Shown: positions 35,551 to 44,728, numbered from the stretch's first letter. The stretch: DNA of 64,000 bases from Vicinamibacterales bacterium (GCA_965207615.1 CBDBMZ010000003.1:139854-203853); one strand, 5' to 3'. The notes: generated by a model from the sequence alone, not told the origin. Made by a program: numbers and translations.

Positions 35551-35916
35551 GTGTCGGCGGTACGGCTCGGCGTCCCGCTCGCGCTGCGTACTCCGGTTCG
35601 ACGCGCGCGTGACCGAGGTCAAGGCGCCTACGGCCTGACCGTCGACCGCCGGGTGCGGGACGCCCCGGCCCGCACCTTGGCGGGGTGCGAAGACACCGAG
35701 ATCGACATCATCGCGCCGGGCGCCGCCGCCGAGATCGCGTCGCCGTCGTCGCCCGCGGCCATCGGTACCGACGCGCTCGCGCTGCACGACGACAACGGGA
35801 ACGGCCGCACCAGCTGCGCCGAAGCGCGCCGCCACGGCATCGCGCCGGTGCCCCGAAACCACCCCGCGTACCGGTACATGCGGAACTGAGACGGCGACGG
35901 TGTTGTCTGCGAATGA
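35551..35916 (+). pseudogene. Excalibur (calcium-binding) domain protein with an in-frame TGA 9 codons before the native stop
   Basis: ..TSCAEARRHGIAPVPRNHPAYRYMRN-TGA-DGDGVVCE-TGA. Excalibur domains end ..CxxARAAGxAPIxxGxPGY...DRDGDGxxCE. The TGA at 35887-35889 sits where Arg (CGA) is expected. Confidence 0.5.
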
Positions 35917-36089
35917 AGCCCGCCGGTCCCGGACGGGAACCGAACCCCGCGGCCGAAGCGGCCGAATCCCGGAGAGGACGCCATGACCGACAGGACGACG
36001 AAAGCGCTGCTGGCCGCCATCGCTGTGGGACTATGGGCGAACATCGCGGGAGACTGGCTGAAGCCGGAACCGGTTCACGCCCAGGACAC

Positions 36090-36618
36090 GAGGACGCTCC
36101 GACCATCGGGCAATCGCTGCGGTCCGCGCACGTGCAAACGAGCGACGGGCCGGCGGCCACGATGGCCGCGGTCAACGCCGCCATCGTCCGCCGGGGGATA
36201 CAGGGGCGCTTCGTCACGCTCTTCCACGGCGTGCTCTTCCCCGATGGCAGGGTCACGTACTGCAATGCCGGTCACAACCCTCCCATCCTCGCGAGCAGCT
36301 CCGGCGTCCGCCGGCTCGAGACCGGCGGCATGGTGCTCGGCTTCTTCGAGGACGCGCCGTACGCGGAGGGTTCCCGTGACGCTCCTGCCGGACGACTACC
36401 TGGTGCTGTTCAGCGACGGGATCTCGGAGGCGATGAACGACGAGGAAGAAGAGTTCGGCGACGACGGGCTCGTCGGCTGCCTCGCCGGGGTCGCGGACGC
36501 CGAGGCCGACTCCCGCCTGCGCCACATCTTCGCCAGCGTGAAGCGGTTCACCGCCTCCGCCCCGCAGCACGATGACGTGACGGCCATGGTCGTGGCGTAT
36601 CGCTCGTCCGCGGCATGA
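36090..36618 (+). pseudogene. PP2C/SpoIIE-family phosphatase remnant: N-terminally truncated, 1 frameshift near 36365
   Basis: ..MAAVNAAIVRRGIQGRFVTLFHGVLFPDGRVTYCNAGHNPPILA..LETGGMVLGFFEDAPYAEG| then a frame change to |VTLLPDDYLVLFSDGISEAMN..FGDDGL..QHDDVTAMVVAYR. The N-terminal metal-binding Asp block is absent. Confidence 0.7.
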
Positions 36619-36969
36619 CGACGTGCGGCTCCCTCCGCCTCGGCGGCGATCGCCATCCCATGACCGTGGCGTACCGCTCGCTCGCGGCACCACGACCGAT
36701 GCCGCCACATGACCCGAACCTCGGTGACAGGCGTCGCCGGACGTCCGTTGGGTGACGGCGACCCCGACCCAGCGCAGCCCGAGGCCACGCGCGCATCTGC
36801 GTGCTTTCGACCCGTTGCTCTAGTCCGCTCCACGCGGCGGCACTTTTGCTTACCGAGAGGAGCAGTGCCACAATACACGGTGACCGAGGGGACGATGCAG
36901 AAGGCAACCACCGGAATGACCGGACCGTCGAATCTGTTGCACGGGCCGGCTGACTGACGGAGGAAGATC

Positions 36970-39642
36970 ATGCCCTTCGAGCAATGGCTCTACGCGTGGC
37001 GGGTCCGGCTGCGAATCCTGCTCGACCGCGACGCCGTCGACCGCGAGCTGGACGACGAGTTGCACCACCACGTCGCGCTCGAGACCGAGTCGCGGCGTGC
37101 GCAGGGAATCCTCCCGGCCGAGGCGCGCCGGCAGGCGCTCGCGACCCTGGGGGGGCTCGAGTCAACCCGCAACCACGTTCGCGAGGCGAGGTTCGGGGCC
37201 GCGCTCGAGCACGTGCTGCAGGACGTCCGCTACGTCCTGCGGGTCCTGCGCAGGAATCCGGGCTTCACCGCCACGACCGTCCTGACCCTGACCCTCGCGA
37301 TCAGCGCGACCACCGCCACCTTCTCGGTGGTCGACGCGGTGCTGCTGCAGCAGCCGCCCTTCCCCGACGCGGACCGTCTCGTCACGCTGTGGGAGACGGA
37401 CCCCGAGAACGGCAACCGGCCGACCGAGCCGGCCCCCGCGAACTTCCTGGACTGGCGCGACCAAGCGACCAACTTCGAGCACATCGCAGCCCTCGAACCG
37501 TGGTCGGTCGACCTCACGGGCACCGACACCCCCGAGGAGCTCTACGGGTGGCGGGCCACGGAGGGCTTCTTCGAGACGCTGGGCGCCGGCGCCGCCCTCG
37601 GCCGGACGTTTCTGCCCGACGAGCATCGCCCAGGCAGCGGCGTCGTCGTCCTGACGAACGCGCTGTGGCAGCGGCGCTTCGCCGGCGACCCCGGCATCGT
37701 CGGCCGCCCGCTGGTGCTGAACGGCGAGCCGCACGCGGTGGTGGGGGTGCTCGCCCCGAGCTTCGAGCTCCGCCTGGAGGGCCGTCGAAGCGACCGCGAT
37801 TTCTTCCTGCCCAAGGCCATCGCTGAGCATGAGACATCCAGGCGTAGCGGGGGCTGGTGGCAGGTGATCGGGCGGACCCGCCCGGACGTGTCGCTCGCGG
37901 AGGCGCAAGCCGAGATGGACGCGGTCGCGGGGCGGCTCGCCGCCGACCATCCGCGCACCAACACCGGCGTCGGGGCGCGCGTCATCCCTCTGCAGACGCG
38001 TCAGGTCGAGGCGGTGCGGCCGGTGCTGCTTCTGCTGTGGGGCGCGGTCGTCTTCGTCCTGCTCATCGCCTGCGTCAACGTCGCGAACCTCATGCTGGCG
38101 CGCTATGCCCGGCGCCAGCAGGAGTTCGCGGTCCGCGCCGCGGTGGGGGGCGGCCCCGCGCGCCTGCTCCGCCAGCTCCTGACCGAGAGCGTCGTCATCG
38201 CGGCCCTCGGCGGCATCGGCGGGCTCGTGGCGACGGCCTACGCCCTCGACCTGCTAGTGGCGCTCATGCCTGCCGACGTGCCCCGCCTCGCCCGGATCGC
38301 GGTGAACGGACGCGTCCTGGGGTTCACCGCCGGCCTCGTCGTCCTCACCGCCCTCGCCTTCGGCTGCGCGCCCGCGGTCCGGATACTCCGGCAGGACGCG
38401 AACGGCCCCCTCACCCGGGGGCAGCGCGCGGGCGACACCCCCGCTCAGCAGCGGCTGCGACGCATGCTGGTGGCGGCCGAGGTCGCCCTCGCCCTGGTGC
38501 TGCTGGTCGGGGCGGGCCTGCTCCTGCAGAGCTTCGTGCGGCTGGTCAACGTCGACCTCGGCTTCACCCCGCGGAACACCGCGGTGCTGCAGGTGTTCCA
38601 CTACGGCGACGGCGGCGCCGAGGCCACCCCCAACTTCTTCCGCGAGACCGTCGCCGGCATTCGCGCCCTCCCCGGCGTCGCCGCCGCCGGCGCCGTCTCG
38701 GCGTTCCCCCTCGCGCTCGCCGACATGAGCGCCGAGAGCCCCCTGACGCTGCTCGACCGGCCGCCGCCCCCGCCCGGCGAGGAGCCGTCGACGACCGTCT
38801 CGATGGTGACTCCGGGCTACTTCGACGCGATGCGGGTTCCGCTCCGGGCCGGGCGGTGGTTCGACGAGCGCGACGACGCCGAAGCGCCGGCCGTCGCCAT
38901 CGTCAACGAGACGCTGGCGCGACAGCACTGGCCTGACGGGAACCCCATCACGCGGCGGGTGACCGTGCAGCTCCAGGGGGGGCAGGCGTTCGAGGGGGAC
39001 TTCGAGGTGGAGATCGTCGGCGTCGTCGGGGCGGTGCGCCCGCGAGGCTTCGACAGCCCCCCGCGCCCGGAGGTGTTCATTCCCCACGCGCAGGCGCCGA
39101 ACGGCGCGATGACCTACGCCGTGCGGATCAACGGCGATCCCGCGGCCGGCATCCCGGCCATCCAGAGCGTGGTGTGGGACGCCGCGCCGCACCTCGCCTT
39201 CTACAGCGTCGCGATGGTCGAGCAGCTCCTGTCGGACACCCTCGCGGTGCGGCGGTTCACGACCGTGCTCCTTGCGCTGTTCGGTGCGGCGGCCCTCGCC
39301 CTCGCCGGCCTCGGCATCTACGGGGTCATCGCGGTGGCCACGGCCCAGCGGACCCGCGAGATCGGCCTGCGCCTCGCCATGGGGGCAGTGCCGCGCAATG
39401 TCGTGTGGATGGTCGTCCGCGGCGCCGTCGGTCTCGCCGGGGCCGGGGTCGCGGTCGGCCTGCTCGCATCGCTGCTGTTCTCGCAGATCCTCACCGGCCT
39501 GCTCTTCGACGTCGCCCCGTTCGACGCCCCGACGCTGGCCGCGGTGTCCCTGGTGCTGCTCGCCGTGGCCGCGGCCGCCGCCTGGTCCCCGGCGAGGCGC
39601 GCGAGCCGGGTGGACCCGCTCGTCGCGTTGCGCACGGAGTAG
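36970..39642 (+). CDS. ADOP-family duplicated FtsX/MacB-like ABC permease
   Basis: 890 aa. The prefix ..RLRILLDRDAVDRELDDELHHHVALETE..RRQALATLGGLESTRNHVRE.. and two FtsX-type 4-TM modules are typical of the acidobacterial duplicated orphan permease family. No adjacent PadR or ATPase gene. Confidence 0.85.
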   Translation: MPFEQWLYAWRVRLRILLDRDAVDRELDDELHHHVALETESRRAQGILPAEARRQALATLGGLESTRNHVREARFGAALEHVLQDVRYVLRVLRRNPGFTATTVLTLTLAISATTATFSVVDAVLLQQPPFPDADRLVTLWETDPENGNRPTEPAPANFLDWRDQATNFEHIAALEPWSVDLTGTDTPEELYGWRATEGFFETLGAGAALGRTFLPDEHRPGSGVVVLTNALWQRRFAGDPGIVGRPLVLNGEPHAVVGVLAPSFELRLEGRRSDRDFFLPKAIAEHETSRRSGGWWQVIGRTRPDVSLAEAQAEMDAVAGRLAADHPRTNTGVGARVIPLQTRQVEAVRPVLLLLWGAVVFVLLIACVNVANLMLARYARRQQEFAVRAAVGGGPARLLRQLLTESVVIAALGGIGGLVATAYALDLLVALMPADVPRLARIAVNGRVLGFTAGLVVLTALAFGCAPAVRILRQDANGPLTRGQRAGDTPAQQRLRRMLVAAEVALALVLLVGAGLLLQSFVRLVNVDLGFTPRNTAVLQVFHYGDGGAEATPNFFRETVAGIRALPGVAAAGAVSAFPLALADMSAESPLTLLDRPPPPPGEEPSTTVSMVTPGYFDAMRVPLRAGRWFDERDDAEAPAVAIVNETLARQHWPDGNPITRRVTVQLQGGQAFEGDFEVEIVGVVGAVRPRGFDSPPRPEVFIPHAQAPNGAMTYAVRINGDPAAGIPAIQSVVWDAAPHLAFYSVAMVEQLLSDTLAVRRFTTVLLALFGAAALALAGLGIYGVIAVATAQRTREIGLRLAMGAVPRNVVWMVVRGAVGLAGAGVAVGLLASLLFSQILTGLLFDVAPFDAPTLAAVSLVLLAVAAAAAWSPARRASRVDPLVALRTE

Positions 39643-40006
39643 GAGTCACCGCTGGCGGCCGCGTGCTGGTGCCCTAGCGCCGCGTCAGCGGCCCTCCCTC
39701 CCGCCTCGCCCCGTCGAGCGCCGCGGAGCGGGCAAGCCGTTCGAGCACGACGCCACGCATCCCCAGGGGCCCGGACGTCCCGCCGAGCCAGCCCGGAAGT
39801 CCGCCCCGGACGCGCAAGTGGCCGCCCGACGATTCCGGCGGGCGCAGGGGTGGAGCCCGTCGGCGGCGGGTTCGGCGTCGCGCAGCGGCGCGAGCATCCA
39901 ACTATATCGTCGCCGTTCCCGGGAGTGCGCGAGTTGGCTCGTTGCCAGCCCATGAGCCGATCGAAAGTTTTTTTACTTTTTTTCGGGAGTAGAACGCCGG
40001 CTCAGC

Positions 40007-40033
40007 ACGTCAGAACACGTCAGAAAACGTCAC
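40007..40033 (+). repeat. Three helically phased (10-bp spacing) direct repeats, ACGTCAGAA / ACGTCAGAA / ACGTCAC, in an AT-rich stretch
   Basis: agcACGTCAGAAcACGTCAGAAaACGTCACgcg, with starts at 40007, 40017 and 40027. It is preceded by gtttttttactttttttc at 39967-39984. Confidence 0.7.
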
Positions 40034-40210
40034 GCGTGTTCGTGCCCCCGTCCCATACCGTGCTACTGGTTCCCAGGGTGTCATGTAATAATAAACTATT
40101 GCTAAACAACAACTTACGTCGTTCTTGTGCTAGGCTCGACCGTCATGGTCCACGGCGAACCAACCACGTCGGTGCCGCCCGTCGGCGGGCCGCAACCACA
40201 GGAGGAAGAC

Positions 40211-40411
40211 ATGACGACGAGACTGCTCACGCTCCGCGACGTGATGGCGATGACCGCACTGTCGCGCTCGGCCATCTACGCGCTGATGGCCGAGTCCCGG
40301 TTCCCGAAGCCGATCCGGGTCGGCGCCCGCGCGGTCCGCTGGGTCGAGCAGGAAGTGGCCGACTTCATCGCCAGCCGGCCCCGCGCCGGCTCCGAGCACC
40401 CGGCCGCGTAG
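40211..40411 (+). CDS. alpA: AlpA-family transcriptional regulator/excisionase-like protein
   Basis: GGAGGA RBS. LLTLRDVMAMTALSRSAIYALMAESRFPKPIRVGARAVRWVEQEVADFI is the AlpA/MerR-type HTH signature. Confidence 0.85.
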   Translation: MTTRLLTLRDVMAMTALSRSAIYALMAESRFPKPIRVGARAVRWVEQEVADFIASRPRAGSEHPAA

Positions 40412-40603
40412 CCGAGACGACCTGCCCGACCGTCTGCAAAGGTCAGGCGGTCGGGCTTGGGCTGGGTGACACGGTCTTCCATCGTCCAGACCCAATGGCG
40501 CAAAGGCCGCCGACCTGATCGACCTCGATATCGAAACCGTTCCCACCGCCGCCTTGCAGCTCGGCGAGAGACGCACACCGTGACGGGCTTCGGGGCGGAC
40601 GGT

Positions 40604-41386
40604 ATGCTACCATCCGCGGCCGTGGCGCAGATCACGATACGGCAAGGGACTCCCTCGGAGGATGCCAACGTCCTCCGGGTCGAATCCTGGCAGACGACGT
40701 CTTTGGCCGCCGCGCTCGTTCTGGTCATCGTCGTTGCCGTCATGGTCCTGCGGAGGTGGGTCCGCGGCGGCCCGGAGCACTCTGCCAGCGCGCCTCGCCC
40801 TGCTGGCGGGGTGCTCCGGCTGATCGACAGTCCCGTCCGGGTGATGAGCTGGTGGGGGGCTGGCCCCCAGCGCATCGACTGGGCGATCCTCCCGGTGCTC
40901 GTCCACGCCGTCGCTTCGGCTCGGGTCTCTCTGGGCTTGGCGCTGCCTCCTGATGCGCCGATGGCCGCCGCGCTCTTCAGCCCCTTGATCCTCGCCGGTG
41001 CGTCTGCCGCTGCCGTGGCGGCCTTCGGTGCGCACGCCGTCGTCGTCGTGGTGCTCGATCTCCTCGCGGCTCCCTCGGGCCGGGCTCGGCGGTTGGTCGA
41101 GCTGTCAGCACTCGCGTACTGGTCGCAGGTTGCGTGGTCTGTCCCGGCCGCGTTGCTGGTGACGGGTGCCGGCGCGGTCGGTGACGATCTACGCGTGGTT
41201 CTCGACGCCACGCGGCAGCTGTGGGGCGTGTGGCTGATCGGCCTCCACGCCGCAGTCCTCTACGTCGTCACCGGCTTGTCGGTCGCCGGCGCCGTGGCGG
41301 CGGCGCTGATCATGCTCGCGGTCTTCTACGGGCTCCCGCCCCTCGTCGGCATGATCGGGTCTCAGCTCCTGACGCCCGTGCCCTGA
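40604..41386 (+). CDS. Multi-pass membrane protein (Yip1-like topology?), function unknown
   Basis: Five or more hydrophobic segments. It lies between alpA and int. The start is uncertain (ATG 40604, GTG 40580, or upstream). Confidence 0.5.
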   Translation: MLPSAAVAQITIRQGTPSEDANVLRVESWQTTSLAAALVLVIVVAVMVLRRWVRGGPEHSASAPRPAGGVLRLIDSPVRVMSWWGAGPQRIDWAILPVLVHAVASARVSLGLALPPDAPMAAALFSPLILAGASAAAVAAFGAHAVVVVVLDLLAAPSGRARRLVELSALAYWSQVAWSVPAALLVTGAGAVGDDLRVVLDATRQLWGVWLIGLHAAVLYVVTGLSVAGAVAAALIMLAVFYGLPPLVGMIGSQLLTPVP

Positions 41387-41409
41387 CGCCGCGGGCCGGC
41401 TGTGGCGCC

Positions 41410-42552
41410 TTACTCCTTCTCGACGACGTACTCGGCCCAAGCGTCCATCAGCATGCGACGCTTCGCGAGGAGGTCGCCGCGACGGTACGCCCGCTCGACC
41501 GCGGAGCCCACCGCATGGGCCAGCGCCGTTTCGACGACGGCGAAGTCGTGGGCCGTCTCCTCCGATGCCCAATCGCGGAACGAGGAGCGGAAGCCGTGGA
41601 TCGTGCCGGCGATGCCCTGCACCGTCCGGGTCAGCCCCATCTGCGACAGGGCGCGGCCGGTGCGCTCGGAGGCGAACACGAACCCCCGCTTGTGCAACCC
41701 GCTTCGCTCGTCGAGGATCGCCAAAGCCGGGTCGCTCAGCGGCACGACGTGCGCCCGCTTGCTCTTCATGCGTTCGGCGGGTAGCGTCCAGGTCCTGCCG
41801 CCCAAGTCGATCTCGTCCCACAGCGCCCCCCGAGCCTCAGCCGACCGGGTGGCGGTCAGGACCAGAAAGGCGGCGCAGGCACGAGCGGAATCCGCGGCGT
41901 GACTGCCGAGAATGTTGCGGTACGCACTCGGAACATCGCGGTAAGGGACCGCTTCGTGGTGCCGCCTGACGCGCTCCTGGACCGGGAGAGCCGCCTTGAT
42001 GCCGCCGTTGGCGGCGACGTTCTCGGAGACGTGGCCATGGGCGAGGCACCAGTCGAAGATGGCGCGTACTCGCTGGAGCGCCTTCCGGCTCTCGGCCGGC
42101 TTCGAGGTCCAGACGGGCTTGAGCACGCCGATGATATCCTGGCGGCTGATGGCGTTCACGCGATGCTGGCCGAGCACCCTGAGGACGTTGCAGCCCCGAA
42201 GCGGCTGCATGAACGCTCGGGCGCTGCTCTCGGACCACCGCCCGCGATTGGCCGCCAACGTCGCCTCGGCGGCGTCGCGGAACAGCGGCTTGACGTTGTG
42301 GGGAGCGGTGAAGGGATCACGGCCGTCGAGCCGGGCCGCCCGGCGGTTGGCCGACGCGATGGCCCGCGCCTCGGCGAGCGTCCGCAGGGGCCATCCACCG
42401 AGGCCGCGGTCGACGCGCTTGCCGTTGACGGTGAGCCGCTGCACGAACGCCCGGGAGCCGGAGGGCTGCACGACGACGAACAGGGTCTTGCAGTCCGAGT
42501 CCCCGTGGCGGCCTGCCTGCAACGTCCCGATCCGCCTCTGGGTCAGCTTCAT
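41410..42552 (-). CDS. int: Tyrosine site-specific integrase, P4-type (DUF4102 N-terminal domain), intact
   Basis: N-terminus MKLTQRRIGTLQAG..KTLFVVVQPSGSRAFVQRLTVNGKRVDRGLGGWP. Catalytic blocks LTATRSAEARGALWDEIDL, AHVVPLS, IHGFRSSFRDWASE, LAHAVGSAVERAYRRGD. Confidence 0.9.
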   Translation of the reverse strand: MKLTQRRIGTLQAGRHGDSDCKTLFVVVQPSGSRAFVQRLTVNGKRVDRGLGGWPLRTLAEARAIASANRRAARLDGRDPFTAPHNVKPLFRDAAEATLAANRGRWSESSARAFMQPLRGCNVLRVLGQHRVNAISRQDIIGVLKPVWTSKPAESRKALQRVRAIFDWCLAHGHVSENVAANGGIKAALPVQERVRRHHEAVPYRDVPSAYRNILGSHAADSARACAAFLVLTATRSAEARGALWDEIDLGGRTWTLPAERMKSKRAHVVPLSDPALAILDERSGLHKRGFVFASERTGRALSQMGLTRTVQGIAGTIHGFRSSFRDWASEETAHDFAVVETALAHAVGSAVERAYRRGDLLAKRRMLMDAWAEYVVEKE

Positions 42553-42723
42553 CGCACCCTCCCACGCCCAGTGTCATCCACGAACTATACCACGTTTTGG
42601 TTACGGTTTCAGCGCGATTCCTGTGGACGCGCACGGATTGATCGGGACGCGGAAATCGCCACAAGTAACAGAAAATGCTTGCTTTAGGTGGACAGCATGG
42701 GAGTATCTCGGACCTCCAGCGAC

Positions 42724-42737
42724 ACTACACGTGTAGT
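42724..42737. other. Perfect 14-bp palindrome ACTACACGTGTAGT at the island/chromosome junction; candidate att or recombinase site
   Basis: It lies 172 nt from the int start codon and about 2 nt before homology to the PQQ-dehydrogenase paralogue begins. Confidence 0.4.
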
Positions 42738-42738
42738 T

Positions 42739-43567
42739 CGCCTGGTACTATCAGCACCTGAACGACCACTGGGACCTCGACCATCCCTTCGAGCGCCTGC
42801 TCGTCGACACCGCGGTCGCCCCGGACGCCGCCGCCGTCGACTGGATCAATCCCGGCGTGCAGCCGGGCGAGACGCGCCGGGTCATCACCGGCATCCCCGG
42901 GAAGACCGGCGTCGTCTACACGCTGGACCGCGAGACCGGCGAGTTCCTCTGGGCCAGGCCCACCATCACCCAGAACGTCATCAGCCACATCGACGGCGCG
43001 TCGGGCGCGGTGACCGAGAACCCCGAGCTCATCTTCACCGGGGCGGGGCAGCAGGTGCTCACCTGCCCCCACGCCAGCGGCGGCAAGGACTGGGAGGCGG
43101 GCGCCTACAGCCCCCTCACCAACACCATGTACATGCCGCTGCGCAACGTCTGCGCGCAGATGATCGCCGAGGGCCCCGAGAGCACCTCGATCTACGCCAT
43201 CAACTGGCGCCCCGAGATCGCGCCGGGCACCGACCAGGTCGGCGCGGTCTGGGCCGTCTCGGCCGAGACCGGCGAGACCGCCTGGGTCCACGAGCAGCGC
43301 GCCGCCACCATGTCGCTGGTCACCACCGGCGGCGGCCTCGTCTTCGGCGGCGACGTCAACGGCCGCTTCCGCGCCTTCGACCAGGAGACCGGCGAGGTGC
43401 TCTGGGAGGTCAACCTCGGCTCGTCGGTGTCGGGCTTCCCCATCACCTACGCGGTCGACGGCCGGCAGTACGTGGCGGTGAGCACGGGCACGCCGCGGTT
43501 CATCAACCTCACCCCCGAGCTGAGCCCCAGCCAGGGGAACAATCTGTTCGTCTTCGCGCTGCCCTGA
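42739..43567 (+). pseudogene. 5'-truncated PQQ-dependent dehydrogenase (C-terminal ~275 aa only)
   Basis: WYYQHLNDHWDLDHPFERLLVDTAV...GNNLFVFALP* is collinear with, and highly similar to, residues from ~307 to the end of the intact gene at 59376-61118. An in-frame TAG lies at 42734-42736 just upstream. The first possible start is the GTG at 42857. Confidence 0.85.
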
Positions 43568-43655
43568 TTCGGGAGGCCCACGGTCACCGGACGTGGCGTC
43601 TGATGCGCGGCCTACTCGTCGAAGAAACTGCCGCGGGACCTGAAGGAACGTCGTC

Positions 43656-44558
43656 GTGGAAGCACCGGGTGAGGACGTTGTCGTTCGCAGCGTCGAGTCC
43701 GTGCTGGAAGGCGGGCCGGCGAAGCTCACGTCCTGTCCCAACTGCGGATCGGGCCGCGTCGAGAACTTCTGCCCGTCGTGCGGCCAACGCGCCGGAGACC
43801 TTCATACGTCGGTCTTCACGTTCGCGCGGGAGATGCTGGACGGCCTCTTCTCGTTCGACTCACGCGTGTGGCGCACGCTCATCGTTCTCCTGCTTCGGCC
43901 CGGCGATCTGACGCTGGAGTACTGGCGCGGAAGGCGCGCGCGTTTCGTGGCGCCGTTGCGGCTCTACCTGTTCGTCAGCTTCTGCGTGTTTCTCTTCCTG
44001 GCGGTCGTCGCGCCGCAGGGCGTCATCGACACTTCAGGCGAGGAGTCCGACGCGATGGTGCAGATCGGGCTCGACGAGGATGCTCCCGCCGACCTCGACG
44101 ACCTCGGCGCGGACTCTCCGCCTGTCGAGCGTTGGTTCGTGCAGCGCGTCCTGCGGCCGATGATCGAGGAGCCGGAACGCGCCGGGGCCCTCTTCCTCCA
44201 GCGACTGCCCTGGGCGTTCTTCTTTCTCGTTCCGGCGTTCGCGGCGCAGCTTCGGCTGCTGTACCGCCGGCAGGAGCGGTTCTTCGTTCCGCACCTCGTC
44301 TTTGCCCTTCATTTCCAGACGGCTGCGTTCCTGCTCTACACCGCCGGCATCGCTGTCGACGCGATCTCCGGCACGGAAGCGGCCTCCTCGCTCGCGGGGC
44401 TGGTTCTCCTCGCGTTTCTGTTTCTGTCGCTCCGCCGCGCGTACCGGCAGGGTTTCCTGATGACCCTCGCCAAGCAGGCCGGGCTCCTGTTCGTGCACTC
44501 GATCGTGATTATGGTGGCGATGCTCCTGTTGCTGGTCGTCACGGGGTTGACCGCATAG
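43656..44558 (+). CDS. DUF3667-family zinc-ribbon membrane protein
   Basis: CPNCGSGRVENFCPSCGQR, then ..FDSRVWRTLIVLLLRPGDLTLEYWRGRRARFVAPLRLYLFVSF.. and several TM segments. Confidence 0.75.
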   Translation: MEAPGEDVVVRSVESVLEGGPAKLTSCPNCGSGRVENFCPSCGQRAGDLHTSVFTFAREMLDGLFSFDSRVWRTLIVLLLRPGDLTLEYWRGRRARFVAPLRLYLFVSFCVFLFLAVVAPQGVIDTSGEESDAMVQIGLDEDAPADLDDLGADSPPVERWFVQRVLRPMIEEPERAGALFLQRLPWAFFFLVPAFAAQLRLLYRRQERFFVPHLVFALHFQTAAFLLYTAGIAVDAISGTEAASSLAGLVLLAFLFLSLRRAYRQGFLMTLAKQAGLLFVHSIVIMVAMLLLLVVTGLTA

Positions 44559-44728
44559 CGGTGCGGGAAGAACGGCGGTTGGATCCGGTCTCCCGGAGCT
44601 GCGAAAGCCGCAACTGCGGTGCGCGGTCCGCGCTTGGTTCGGGGAGAAGTGGTCGCCCTGGCCGCGGTGGCCGTTCCGTGGGCCAAGGAGGCGGCCGGCG
44701 GTCTGTCCCGGAGGCGTCTTCCGCCGAC

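Noticed and set aside
35887-35889. The in-frame TGA in the Excalibur gene read as selenocysteine or other recoding
   Set aside because: The position aligns with a conserved Arg of the DRDGDG loop, not a redox Cys. I see no SECIS-like hairpin just downstream. The neighbourhood is full of other pseudogenes.
35983-36618. The 211-aa ORF taken as a genuine secreted protein
   Set aside because: Its middle ~100 residues are off-frame translation of a SpoIIE domain that is readable in another frame. See the pseudogene call.
39950-42740. The idea that alpA / membrane protein / int forms a self-contained 2.8-kb element bounded by the AT-rich block and the 42.73-kb palindrome
   Set aside because: I found no direct repeat shared between 39.9-40.1 kb and 42.70-42.75 kb. 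I also found no trace of the missing 5' half of the PQQ gene near 39.9 kb. I kept it only as a possible internal boundary.
42725-43741. Long minus-strand ORFs antisense to the PQQ-dehydrogenase genes (42725..43741, 53428..55371, 59355..61172)
   Set aside because: Shadow ORFs. The plus-strand frames carry the propeller motifs and signal peptides.
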